A stretch of DNA of 64,000 nucleotides from Eledone cirrhosa. Lineage: Eukaryota. The stretch spans positions 173,414,001-173,478,000 of the forward strand of contig OZ024742.1 of NCBI GenBank assembly GCA_964016885.1. Direction: 5' to 3'. Below the pieces are notes generated by a model. That model worked only from the letters and a program-made list of their open reading frames with translations. It was not told where the DNA came from and did no database searches. How positions within the stretch are numbered: the stretch's first letter is position 1; the number at the start of each line of letters is the position of its first letter. Position numbers and translations under genes: made by a program. Positions 11,647 to 24,303 of this stretch are shown piece by piece.

Positions 11647-13471
11647 GTATGAAGGTATGGAAAACGACACTCCTTTTGAATAGTGAAACAAAATCACTGG
11701 AAGCTGGAGAAGTTAATATTAATTGTGGAATGTTTCAGGGTGACTCTTTATCAACGCTTTTATTCTGCATCGCACTTATACCAGTAAGTAAAATGCTCAA
11801 TGAAACAAAACATGGATATAAAGTCTATGACAAAACCATTAATCACCTGTTCTACATGGATGACCTGAAACTATTTGCAAAAAATGATGAACAATTACAA
11901 GGGCTATTATCCACTGTGGAGCAGTTCAGTGATGACATTAAAATGGAGTTTGGACTAGATAAATGCGCCAAAGCAACGTTCACCAGAGAAAAGCTGCTGA
12001 AGAGTTCAGACATTAATCTTGATCGGGGGAACGTGATAAGAGAACTTGATCAAGAAAAAACTTACAAATATCTAGGTGTTTGTGAAGGAGACGGTATCAA
12101 GCACTTGACAATGAGGGAAAGGATAAGGAAGGAATGTTACCGCAGAATAAGAGCAATCTTAAGAACGGTATTGAATGCAAGGAATAGGATCGATGCCATA
12201 AACACGCTTGCCATACCAGTAGTAACCTACAGTTGCAATGTCATCAACTGGTCAAGCACAGATATCCGTAGGCTCGATACAAAAATTCGAACATTCTTAA
12301 CCATACACAGAATGCATCACCCTAAGGCAGATATAAATAGAATATATCTCCCTAGGAAAGAAGGAGGACGTGGGTTAATCCAGTTAGACATTGCGTTGAA
12401 AGCTGCAACAATTGGTTTATTTACATATCTAAGGGAATCACATGATTGGATGATCAAACTCGTTTTGAAACACGAAAGCATCAAAAGATCATATTCCATT
12501 ACAAAAGATGCACAATGATACAGTAATGGACTACAAATTTCAGAAGTCCCATTTACTGCTGAAATGGAAAACACAGAAAAAGCAAAGCAGGTAAAAGTAA
12601 CTGCAAAGAAAGAACTGCTACTGAAACTGGCTAAGAAATGGCAAGAAAAGCCTCTGTATGGAAAATTCCCAGAGCGAACTAACAATCCTGATGTTGACAA
12701 AACTTTAACCCATCAGTTGTTGGCATCCTCTGGACTGAAATCGGAGACTGAAGGACTGATTATATCAGCACAACATCAGTGTCTGCCAACAAAAATACCA
12801 AGCCAACATAATAAAAAATAGATGCAGCCCATTATGCCGTGTATGCAAAAAACAACCAGAGACCATTGACCATATAATTTCAATGTGCAGTCCTATAGCT
12901 CCAACCGAATACCTAAACAGGCATGACAGAGCTGCACAATACATTGGAAAATGTGTAAGCATTTTGACCTGAGCCATCAAAAGAATTGGTGGGACCATCA
13001 ACCACCTCCCATACTTGAAAAATATCACATCTCAATCTTGTGGAACTTTAGCATTCAAACAGGCCGAAAAATAGATGCAAACAGACCTGATTTAATATAT
13101 AAACATTTGAAAATTTGAGCAAGTATAAGGACCTGGAGATAGAAATTGGAAAGATGTGGAAATTGAGAACTAAAACAATACCAGTGGTTGTAGGCGCTCT
13201 GGGAATGATACCTATGGGGTCTATTGATTACTTGTCGCAAATCCCAGGAAACCCGCGTATAGGAGAAATACAAAAGATAGTACTAATGGGAACTGCCCAT
13301 ATACTAAGGAAGATTATGTCAATATAAGTACATCACAAGTCTAAACACTAAAGATGCATGTGTGAGTATGTATGTTCTTCCTTGAACATGGCGGACCTTG
13401 TTGTCTCTTGAGGTCACTGGTTGTGACTTGGTGATAACTCGTATGAACATAAAGCAAGATAAATGCAACTG
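11647..13471 (+). mobile_element. R4/Dong-like family B, 5'-truncated, decayed
   Basis: FQGDSLS, FYMDDLKLF, IYLPRKEGGRGL, KYKDL..IPVVVGALG. (AAT)n flanks. Confidence 0.92.
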
Positions 13472-13496
13472 TAATAATAATAATAATAATAATAAT

Positions 13497-14356
13497 GATA
13501 TATGTATGCAATTTGGTATTAGTATGTGTGGAGTCATTGTGATGAGGAGGGGTAAGTTGAGCAGAAGTAACGGAATCCAGATACCAACAGGTGAGTTGAT
13601 AAAGGAAATTGACTCTGAGGAAGGATACAAGTATTTGGGCGTTCTGGAGGCTGATGACATCAAGAACAAAAAAAAATGAAGGAATTGATAAGTACTGAAT
13701 ACCTTCGGAGAGTAAGGAGCGTATTAAAGTCACATCTGAACAGTAGGAATGCCATAAGTGCAGTAAATTCCCGCATTTTGACCTGCACCATCAAAAGAAT
13801 TGGTGGGAGCATCATCCACCTCTCACACTTGAAAAAGATCACATCTCTCAATCTTGTGGAACTTTAGCATCCAAACAGACCGAAAAATAGATGCAAACAG
13901 ACCTGATTTAATATTGAAGGACTTTAAAATGAGGGTATGCCTGCTAATTGATATGTCTGTTCCAATAGACAAGAATGTATCTATAAAAACATTTGAAAAA
14001 TTAAGCAAGTATAAGGACCTGGAGATAGATATTGGAAGAATGTGGAAATTGAGAGCTAAAACAATACCAGTGGTTGTAGGCGCTCTGGGAATGATACCTA
14101 AGGGGTCTAATGATTACTTATCGTAAATCCCAGGAAACCCGCGTATAGGAGAAATACAAAAGCTAGTACTAATGGGAACTGCCCATATACTAAGGAAGAT
14201 TCTGTCAATATAAGTACATCACAAGTCTAAACACTAAAGACGCATGTGTGAGTATGTATGTTCTTTCTTGAACATGGCGGACCTTGTTGTCTCTTGAGAT
14301 CAATGGTTGTGACTTGGTGATAACTCGTATGAACATAAAGCAAGATAAATGCAACT

Positions 14357-14357
<1 letters not shown>
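13497..14357 (+). mobile_element. Chimeric unit: family A RT fragment (13497-13772) fused to family B 3' end (13773-14357)
   Basis: First part matches about 4487-4762. Second part matches about 32660-33222. No AAT at the junction. Confidence 0.88.
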
Positions 14358-14409
<52 letters not shown>

Positions 14410-14410
<1 letters not shown>

Positions 14411-15665
14411 TGAAGGATTGATATGAACTGAATACATTCGGAGAGTAAGGAGCGTATTAAAGTCACGTCTGAACATTAGGAATGCCATAAGTGCAGTAAA
14501 TTCCCGAGCTGTGTCTATTATTAGGTACAGTGCGGGAATTCTGAGATGGAATGTTGCTGAACAAAAAGAAATGGATAGGAAGATTAGGAAGCTATTGACT
14601 ATCTACAACATGTTCCACAAGAGGAGTGATGTCGATAGACTCTACTTAAGGAGATCTGAGGGTGGAAGAGGTCTTATCAGCATAGAGGACCGTGTTCAGA
14701 TGAAGAAAAACAACCTACACAAATACGTGACTGATAGTAAGGAGCCAATGCTCAGAACTGTACTGAAGGAGGGGACAATAGGCCAGGAGATGTCCAAGGA
14801 GGAAATAACATCAAGGAGAAAGAGCAGCCTTCAGGAAAAATACCTTCATATTACCTTATTTGAGAAAACTGAATTTAGAGATCCACAGATATGGAACTGG
14901 TTGAAAAGAGGAGACCTTAAAAAGGCAACAGAAGGAATGTTAATGGCTGCGCAGGAGCAGGCCCTCAAAACGAAGTGGTTGAAACACCATATTTACAAGG
15001 AGGAGGCTAGTCCACTGTGCAGGATCTGTGGAGAGAGAGAGGAGACTGTGCCTCACATTGTATCCGAGTGTAAACACCTAGCCCAGACTCACTATAAGGG
15101 TTGGAGACATGATGTGATGGGAAGGGTGATCCACTGGCACCTATGCAAAGTAAACAGTTTACCACACTCTGAGAAGTGGTATGAACATAAGCCAGAGGCG
15201 GTGATAGAAAACGATCAGGTGAAGGTGCCGTGGGATTTTAGGATACAGACGGACAAGAAACTGGAACACAATAGACCTGACCTGGTGGTTGTGGACAAAG
15301 AAAAAAATCGTGCTTGATTGTGCATGTGGCCTGCCCATTCGACACGAGAGTGCAAGAGAAGGAGAGGGAGAAAATTAACCGATACCAGGACTTAAAGTGG
15401 TAGGTAAAAAGGATTTGGAACTGGCATGAAATCAAAGTGATCCCGATTGTCATAGGCGCACTAGGGACTATCTCAACAAGTTTCCAGGGATGGTTAAAGA
15501 AAATTGACCCCTCCACGCTTTTTGGAACGCTTCAAAAGGCATGCTTGCTGGCAACAGCAAGAACCCTTCGATACGTCCTGAATATCTGAGGCTGCAGGTA
15601 GTGGCTTGATATTCATTTCAACAAATTTTCCAGTTAACTAACATCAATGACTGAGACTCAAAGAG
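14410..15665 (+). mobile_element. R4/Dong-like family A, 5'-truncated
   Basis: ORF 14511-15317 is nearly identical to the C-terminal part of the 863-aa ORF. Same 3'UTR. Confidence 0.93.
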
Positions 15666-16693
15666 TAATGACAACAATAGTAAGAGTAATAATAAAGGAA
15701 CAACCAAATAATGTTAATAAACATAGCAAGTGTGTCAGGAAACAATAATAAGAGGATCTGGCGGCTTGCCAGATGTTTATTGTTTGCGAAGGAAACCATC
15801 GTAATATATTTTATTAATGTCAAGCGTAGAATCATTATTCGTGTAAGTTTTATTTTTTCCCATAAGAAGTTGGAGAAAAATTAGACAGGGAGAGAATTCA
15901 ACACTAAGCATATTTCATTGAGCTTTAGACCGCTTCCAACGGAACATCGTTTGGCAGTCGTTAGGTAAATAATAATAATAAAAACAAAAACAATAATAAC
16001 AACAAAAACAGCAACCGTTTAAAATGGGAAATGTAATTCACATAAGGGAAGTAACACTTCTATTGATTATATACCGCAGTAGTCTGGAGATATTTCAAAA
16101 ATATGGGTGTTAGAATATAACCTGTACTTCACTAATGCTGTTGTACAGATATATTAACTAACTTCCTGAAGTCCCAGAAGCATTCTATTAATGTCAAAAT
16201 GCCTATGCATTATTCATATATATCTGTAATACATATTTTCTTCCATTCATATATATTTATTCATTTATTTATTCATGTTTTAATAAAATAAATATATACA
16301 TTATTAATTTCTAAGCATATATATATATTTAATAATAATAATAATAATAAAATGTGGAGAGGAGGCACACGAGTTAGGATATATATATATATATGAAAAC
16401 AGTGAGAAAGAAACGATTATGAGGAAGAAATAATTTTTTTTTTTCCTTTTTTTGGTGTCTCTCTCTCTCTTTTTTCTGGGTTAGAAAATGATTAAAACGA
16501 AATATTTTACTTTGTGTGAAGTGTTAAGGTATTAGTTGATTTATTTATTATTTAACAATGGCATTTATTTATCTATTTATCTATTTAATTATTGTCTATT
16601 ACCGGTTTCTGCATTTATATGCATTATCAAATGATAGTGAAATATATTAGTGTGGTGTCGCACATGTTAAACAGAAGGTGCAGAAAGAATAAT

Positions 16694-16923
16694 GTTATAT
16701 ACAAACAAGGTTTAAGAAGTGAAAAGAAAAAAAAAAAGGAAAAAAAAAGGAAAAAGAAAAGTGCATAATGTGGAACGTAAAAAGTCAATGTGGAAGAAAA
16801 GTTAATGTTATTTGACTGTGCTTGTAAATAACATTAACATTTCTTCCACATTGACTTTTTACGTTCCACATTATGCACGGTTTCTTTTTTCTTTTCACTT
16901 CTTAAACCTTGTTTGTATATAAC
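16694..16923. repeat. Long inverted repeat (about 100-bp arms, 12-nt loop)
   Basis: gttatatacaaacaaggtttaagaagtgaaaag...gtgcataatgtggaacgtaaaaagtcaatgtggaagaaa-gttaatgttattt pairs with its reverse complement at 16826-16923. Confidence 0.93.
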
Positions 16924-17129
16924 TAAATTAATTGTATATAACTAAATTAATTTTTCGTATTAGTTTTTCATATATATCGTACGAGCATTTATGTAGTTTG
17001 CATTATAATTTATGTATTGTAGCAGTACTCATATATATCGTATTAGTATTCATTTTCGGGATTCTGAATTAATATTTCGTATTAGTTTCGGGACTCTGAA
17101 TTATTATTTCGTATTATCTTTTTTTAGTG

Positions 17130-17731
17130 TTTTGGCCCCCTACTGGCTGACCTGTCATTGTAAGATAGATTTGGCCGATTACTACTAACTCATTAAATTC
17201 TTTCACTACAATCTCGTATTTAGTATTCCGTCCCACCTATTAAACTTGTCTATAGCTTAGCAGTACCCGTGAGAGATTTGATGTTTGTGGAAGGGGAATA
17301 GTAACAAGAAAATGTGTTTTTTTAAATATTTTTAATATTTTTTATATTTTCCTATATATTTATTCCATATAGATTTACTTATTGTGTCGACATCCTCCCC
17401 CCTCCCCTTCGCTAATATACATCTTTCGACCTCTTATCCTTAGATTGTGCTGTAGTTTTCACTTTCAACGCTCGACTAGGTTTCCTCCACTTCCTCTCCC
17501 TCTTGCTTCTACTGGCAACTTCAGCTACCCCTACCTTCCACAAAATGTCACGATAGAATCATGTGTCTCAACAACAAACTTTTGACCAATCCTTGTGACA
17601 ATCAATTTTACCATATATGGAATTACCCCCTGAGAAGTTCGGCTATTCATTTACCATGATAAAAAATGTTCTTTTAGTCCAGAATTAGCCGTCGAAACGG
17701 CTTCAGATCAGACGCCGGGGTCCTACTCGTT

Positions 17732-17733
<2 letters not shown>
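17130..17733 (+). mobile_element. Non-coding HHR-terminated element, related to 40590-41165
   Basis: Shared blocks taagatagaWttggccga..tactaact and acaac..tt..accaat..tgacaa...ccc(t)tgaRaagttcggctatt...tttagtccagaa.tag..gtcgaaacggct. Confidence 0.75.
17625..17721 (+). ncRNA. Hammerhead ribozyme-like motif, decayed, long helix II
   Basis: acccc-CTGAGAA-g..cggcta/tagccg..c-GAAA-cggc...ggggt. Cleavage triplet is mutated in this copy. Confidence 0.55.
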
Positions 17734-17768
<35 letters not shown>

Positions 17769-17771
<3 letters not shown>

Positions 17772-17832
17772 ACAGTTTGGATCTAGCTGTCGAAATGGCT
17801 GGAGCTCAGCCGTCGGGATCATGACTCCTTTC
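17769..17832 (+). ncRNA. 3' half of the same HHR family, embedded in (TA)n
   Basis: c-GAAA-tggctg-gagct-cagccg-TC-gggatc, giving an intact helix III and GUC triplet. Confidence 0.6.
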
Positions 17833-17844
17833 ATATACACACAT

Positions 17845-17882
<38 letters not shown>

Positions 17883-17937
17883 GCATATATGTAATAATAA
17901 TAATAACAATAATAACAACAACAATAATAATAATAAA

Positions 17938-18117
17938 TGTTTCTACTTTTGGCACAAGACCAGCAAATTAACCAGTATATTACTGGTACTTTATTTTATC
18001 GACCCCGTAAGGCTGAAAGGCAAAGTTAACTTCGGCGTATTTGAACTCAGAATGGTAAGGGCTATGCGTCAAGGCATGGCGTCCGACCCTCTAACGATAC
18101 TGTCAATCCACCGCCCA
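17938..18117 (-). mobile_element. tRNA-derived SINE (same family as 3004-3137)
   Basis: Minus strand: ggcggtggattgacag (A-box-like), gagttcaaatac (B-box-like), gcctttcagccttacggggtcgataaaataaagtaccag. (AAT)n flanks. Confidence 0.82.
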
Positions 18118-18134
18118 ACAATAATAATAATAAT

Positions 18135-20540
18135 GATTTCATTTATTATCCACAAGGGCCGACATGTAGGGGACAATACAAAGGCAGCGACAGTGGGGGT
18201 TTGCAATAATGTCGAGCGAGTAAAAGTGCACAATGGCAACACTAATTTAACAATGTATATATAAAAATTATGAAATAAACTATGTATAAATATAACAAAA
18301 TAAATTCCCCGATAGGATACCCCACCAAACCTGAACCACCCTGCGCTTCTAGGGCACCCAGAGAGAGCACCCCTCTCCTCAAGTTAGCTAGCCTATAGGC
18401 GCATGGTCAGAGTAGGCCCATTTACACGAGCCATTCTTGCCACATTCACCCACCTTTTAGCAAACGTACTGGGGGGCAGCACTTCTCTCTCCACCCTCAC
18501 CTTCCTTTCCAGGTGAAACTTGAAGAAGTTGATGAGGGATTCGCCGAAGAGAAAAGTGTCTGTCTTCAGTCCTTTTAATCTGGTCCACCATATAACCTTT
18601 TTCGCAACTGCCACCAGACAGAGGGAAATGTCCTGCTCTTCCTGACCTAAGGAAGGCAGTGGATCGATCTTCACTATGGACTCGGCTGATAGCCGGATTC
18701 GTTCCACATGCGACAGTAGCTGTTCGACATAACTCCACAAGTCAGTAATTCACGGACATTGGATTAGTGCGTGCAAAACGGTTTCGTCCTTCTGTGCGCA
18801 TCTTGGGCAGGTCCGTCTGACAGCATTTCCGTGTCTGTAGAGATTATCGCGAACCGGCAGTGCCTCCCGGTATCACTGCCAAGCGAGGGATTTCTGAAAA
18901 TTGTCCCCTCCACAAGAATTTGAAGAGGAGCCGATCCAACTTCACGAGACTCGTACGGGGGCAAGACACGACGGTCAGGCGGTAGTAGATGACGGACTCG
19001 ATGTACGCATTCGCCACCTCCGCGCGACCTTTCAGTGATAGCTTCCTCCAAGCCCATTTTTGGGTGAGACTGGCTACTCTGCTCGTTACCTCGTCCCAAT
19101 TCTTTTCCACCTGGTCGTCTGGTCCGAACCAAACCCCGAGCAACTTAAACCGGTCCGTCCGTCCAGCGCCCCCGATGTTGTTGGACGGCATGAACTTGCC
19201 TCTCCAGGTTTCGAGCTGCAAGCCCACCGACCATTGCGGGTATATTTGGCTGCTGTCAACCTTTCATATTCCTTCAATATGGTGCCGACCAACTCGATTT
19301 CTGAGGTGTTCGACACCATCACGGTGGTGTTGTCCGCATAAGCCGACACCGCCTTTCCACGTCACGGTTCGAGCGGGTTGCCCTGCAACTGCTCCAGCTT
19401 CGACACTAAAGGCTCCAGAGTCAATACGTACAGAAGGGAAGAGAGAGGGCACCCTTTACGGACCGATGGGTCGAGCCAAAATTGTTCCGAGAAGTGGCCA
19501 TTAACCTTGACCACCGAGCGTGTGCCGCTGTGCATTGCAGGGATCCAGCTTCTGAAGACAGGGGCGAAACTAGCTGCTTTGATGACAGACTCCTGATACC
19601 GATGGTCGACCCTGTCGAATGCTTTCAATTGATCTACATTGATCAGTGTGCCACTGAAACCAGGTTTACACCCTACCCTCTCTATGATGTATCGCATGAG
19701 GTGGAGATTTTCGTGTATGGACCTGGCTGGGATTACGCAAGTTTGCGCCTACCCAACCAAATCCTCGACGACAAGCGCCAATCTATTTGCTAACACCTTG
19801 ACCAAAATCTTAAACTCTGTGTTGAGCAGATTTATGGGCCTGAAGTTGTCTAATGTATCCCTCTTGTTCTCGTCTTTCCTTATTAGCGTCACCACTCCCC
19901 TGCTCACAGAACTGGGAATACTGCCATTCTGCTGCCAGTTGCAGTAGAGTGGTTCGAGGATATCGGAGAACAACTCTGGCATATTTACGTAAAGCTCGTA
20001 GGGCAGGCCATCCAGACCGGGTAACTTGCGCCTCATGCAGACGAAAAGGGCGTCCTGAATTTCGGCTGAAGTAATCGGCCTTTCGCAGCGCTCAGCGTCG
20101 ACCGTCGAGATGCGCGGCAGGCTGTCAAGATAGGGACTGAAATCCGCTACTGTCTCTGACTCGCCACTCTCTCCGAACAACCGAGCAAAGTGTTGGCGAA
20201 AGGCCTCATACATCCGCTAGGAATCGCTTATCCCATGTCCGTCTCGGTCCGGCAAAGGCAGAATTGTGGTTTTATTACCACGCTGCGCCTCCGCCACGCG
20301 GGCTCATCGAACAGCTTTGGTTCCTTCGTTTCTCAGCGCACGCGCCTTAGGTCTGACAATGAAAACTTTCGTGTTTCGCATTGAAGAAATGGTCTAATGC
20401 CATTCTCGGCTCTAGCAAATCAGTTGCAATGCCACTACAAATAGCCTCGTCTAACTTATCTACCAGCTCCCCCCCCCCTTTCTGTTTTTCTCTAACGCTA
20501 GTTCTTTGCTGAATTCTATCGAGGTTACTCGAATCTCTCT
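18135..20540 (-). mobile_element. Tx1/L1-clade family D, 5'-truncated, about 0.4-kb internal deletion
   Basis: PGLDGLPYELY, NFRPINLLN, KAFDRVDH, GCPLS, YADN. Distinct 3'UTR shared with 27785. Junction near 18900 skips the 28570-28990 equivalent. Confidence 0.9.
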
Positions 20541-20541
20541 T

Positions 20542-20597
<56 letters not shown>

Positions 20598-20850
20598 TTT
20601 CTTTATTAACCACAAGGGTTCACATAAAGTAGACATTAAGGACAGTGCAGGACAATGCAGGACGGTACAAATGGGCATTTCTGCGTGTAAAAAACAAAAA
20701 CAGAGGATGTAACAAAAATAACAATGAAAATAACAATGAAAAATTCCACAATAGGGGGGGAGACTTCGGAGGGACATTTGTGGAGAAAGCCCAGTAAAGA
20801 GCCACAATGACCCTGACCACCAAGCCCTCTCCCAGTTTTCCACCTTTAAT

Positions 20851-23800
20851 TTACAGATATATACTCAGAGTAGGCCCATTCACTCGGGCCATTCTTGCTT
20901 CTCTCACCCATCTTTCAACAAAATGCTGGGAAGAGAGAACTTCCCTCTCTACTCTGATTTTCCTTTTCAAATGAAATTTGAAAAAGTCAATCAGAGCATC
21001 ACCGAAGAGGTAAGTGCTCGTCTTCAGCCCTTTCAAACGTGTCCACCATACTATCTCTTTCACCATGGCCACCAGGCAGATAAAAACTGCCTGCCCTTCC
21101 CGGCTAAAGGAGGAGGGCGGGGCAATCCTCACGATGGACTCAGATGATAGCCGGATCCGTCCTAAACGCGACAGCAGGTGTTCGACATAAACCCACAAGT
21201 CAGCAATTTTCGGACACTGGACGAGTGCGTGCAGGACGGTTTCGTGGCCCTGCGCGCATCTCGGACATGCCCGGCTGACGGCACCTCCATGCCTGTAGAG
21301 TTTATCCCGAACTGGCAAGGCTCCTCGGTAGCACTGCCAGGCCAGAGATTTCTGGAAGTTGTCCATAGGCCCTGGCCCGAAAGTTCTTCCGAAGAGATTG
21401 GCTAGTTGATTTTCGTCGACGCCTAGAGTTTCCCCAAGTACGTCGTCGCTCTTCCTCTCCACTAATCCTCTATAGAACGCCGAGGTGGAGTTTCCACCGA
21501 TCACATTGCCCGATTGGTCGAGGGCTGTGAGCGCCTGAAGACATTCCAGTCTCCAGGCGCTCCCTCTCGGTCTTTGCTTGACCCAGGACTGCAGCTCCGT
21601 CAAGGAAACGAGCTGGGGAAAAACGCGTCTAGCAAAAGGCGACCACACCTGATCACCGTCGAGGAAGAGGTGGAGATGTCGTAGCCTGAGCGCGTGCCTG
21701 CGCATCATCAGCCACGGCATGCCCAGCCCTCCACGTAGCGGGTGTTGACAACAGATGGACCGCCTGAGCATCGGAGCACGTCCCTTCCACGTAAAGCGAA
21801 AGAGCAAACGCTCCAGCGCAGTCAGGCGAGGCTTAGGACAAGGTACGACGGTTAGGCGGTAGCAGATGACAGACGCGATGTACGCGTTAGTCACCTCCGC
21901 TCGGCCTTACAGGGATAGCTTCCTCTCCGCCCATTTCTGGGTGAGAGAAGCCACCCTGCTCGTCACCTCGTCCCAGTTTTTGTCCGTCTGGAGGTCCGGA
22001 CCGAACCAGACCCCTAGCAATTTAACCAGTCTATCCGTCCAGCGCCCGACGACGCTGTTGGACGGCATGGACCTGCCTCTCCAGGTGACGAGCTGCAGGC
22101 CCACTGACTTTTCCTGGTTGATCATTGCTCCTGTCACCGCTTCGTATTCTCTTAGTGGTGCCGATCGCCTCGATGTGTTTGGCGTTCGACACCACTACGG
22201 TGACATCGTCCGCATATGCTGACACGGATCTTCCGCATCCTAGTTCGCGCGGGACTCCCCTCAACGTCTCCAGTTTGTGCAGTAATGGCTCGAGAGTCAA
22301 TACGTACAAGAGGGACGAGAGGGGACATCCTTGGCGGACCGAGCGCATGATGTTGAACGGTTCCGACAGGTGACCGTTCACTCTCACCACAGAGCAGATG
22401 TCGCTGTGCATGGCAGCGATCCAGCCTCTGAAGACGGGCCCAAAGCCAGCCGCCCTCAGGACTGCCGCTAGGTAACGATGGTCGACCCTATCGAAAGCTT
22501 TCGACTGATCTAAATTGATCAAGGACCCACCCGTGCCAGGTTCCTTAGTTACCCTCTCTATGATGTATCGCATGATGTGGAGGTTGTCGTGGATGGATCT
22601 GTCGGGAATGGCGCATGTCTGCGCCTCTCCCACCAGACCACCAACGACAAGCGCCAACCTCTTTGCTAGCACCTTGGCCAAAATCTTGAACTCTGTGTTT
22701 AGCAGAGTTATGGGCCGGAAATTGTCTATGTTATCCCCCTTGTTCGGATCCTTTCTCAGCAGTGCCACCGCTCCTCGGCTCACAGAACTGGGAATTCTCC
22801 CGTTCTGTTGCCAGTTGCAGTAGACGTCCGCCAAGAGGCCTCCGAACAAGTCTGGCATCTGTACGTAAAGTTCATAGGGCAGACCATCCAAACCAGGCGA
22901 TTTACCCCTTGTGCAGCCAGTCATTGCCTCCCTTACTTCAGCGGCTGTTATCGGCTTTTCTCAACACTCCCCCTCAGTGGCCGAGAGCCGCGGCAGTCCG
23001 TCGAGGTAGACACTAAAGTCCATCCCTCTACCCGGCCCACCGCTGCCCCCGAACAGCTGAGCGAAGTGTCGCTGAAAAGCTTCACACATTTGCCCGGGAT
23101 CGAGTAGCATGCGCCCGTCGTGGTCCACCAAAGACCAGATCGTGGCTTTGTTGCCACGACGCGCCTCCGCCACTCGGGCCCATTGAACGGCTTTCGTCCC
23201 CTCGTGTCTGAGAGCACGCACCCTTGCTCTGACAACGCAGCCTTCGTGCTTTGCATCGAAGAATTGGTCAAGGGCCAATTTCGCCGCAAGCACGTCGGTC
23301 GCAATGCCTTTGCTAAGCGCCTCGTCTAATTTTCTAACTAGTTCTCCCTCTGCTCTATTGTTCTCTATTGCTAAAGCCTTACTAAAACTAATCGATTCTA
23401 TTCTAATCGCTCTTTTCAGAGCAAACCACCACTTGTTGTTGACGATGGCCCCCGTCAACGCCCGCTTAACTAGTTCGCTAATCCGGTCTCTGTAGGCCTT
23501 GCGCGCTGGTAAGGACGCGTTTAGCTTCCAGTAGCCGGGTCCTCGTCTATGAAGCCTATCTAAGTCAAGCACACAGATCACGAATTTGTGGTCCGTGTAG
23601 CTGACTATCTTGAATTGTGGACAGCCTATGCTAGACCTATCTATTTCCCTACAAAATACTCTATCTAGATATGATCTGGATGACCCTATGCTTTTTGTCC
23701 AAGTCCACATTGGCACATTCGGGAAATCCAATCGGTACCTGTCAGACAGTTCAAAACGCCTGAGCAGGTTGGTGAGGCTCTTGCACCCTCCACCCCTATC

Positions 23801-24268
23801 CGCTAATCCCACACAGTCCCAGCGTGCATCTAAGATCCCGTTCCAGTCGCCCACTAACACTTAAGAGCGGGACGTTCCAAGAAAGGTCTCCAGACGCCGG
23901 AAGAAATCAGGCCGCCCTGCTCCTGTCGGGGCATAGACGGCCACTAGCCTGAAAGCTTTCCCGTCTCCGCTGGTCACGTCCAGCACCACCAGCTTACCCT
24001 CTGGGTCCAGGAAGATGGCCCGTATGGCGAGATCCAAACCTCTCCGAAAAAGCACAGCAACTCCTCCACCAGATCCAGGACGGCTGGGAGATGCGTACAC
24101 ATCGTAGCCGCCGAAGATCGGTGCGAAGGCCCGTGCTTCGGAGATTCTGGTCTCGCTGATGGCCACTACATCTATGTTTAGTGACCTGAGGTCGTTGAGC
24201 AGGTGACCCTGCTTCCATGACGACCCCAAGCCATGCGCATTTATGCTGCCTATTCTGAGTGAGGTCAT
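20851..24268 (-). pseudogene. ORF2: APE endonuclease + RT + CCHC, with two stops (23861, 22961) and frameshift(s) near 21900-22160
   Basis: SINAHGL, ISET, VGDWN, YLDRVF, YTDH; GKSPGLDG, VRQGCPLS, YADD; CPRCAQGHETVLHALVQC. Confidence 0.93.
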
Positions 24269-24303
24269 GTTTAAAATAGAGTGGAAAAGATGGGAAAGAC
24301 CAC

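Noticed and set aside
16950-17225. Recurrent TCGTATTAG units resembling a CRISPR-like array
   Set aside because: Short, irregular spacing, eukaryotic context, no cas genes.
22961-22963. TGA at a Cys codon in Tx1-C ORF2
   Set aside because: Other C, D and E copies have TGC, so it is a simple nonsense mutation.
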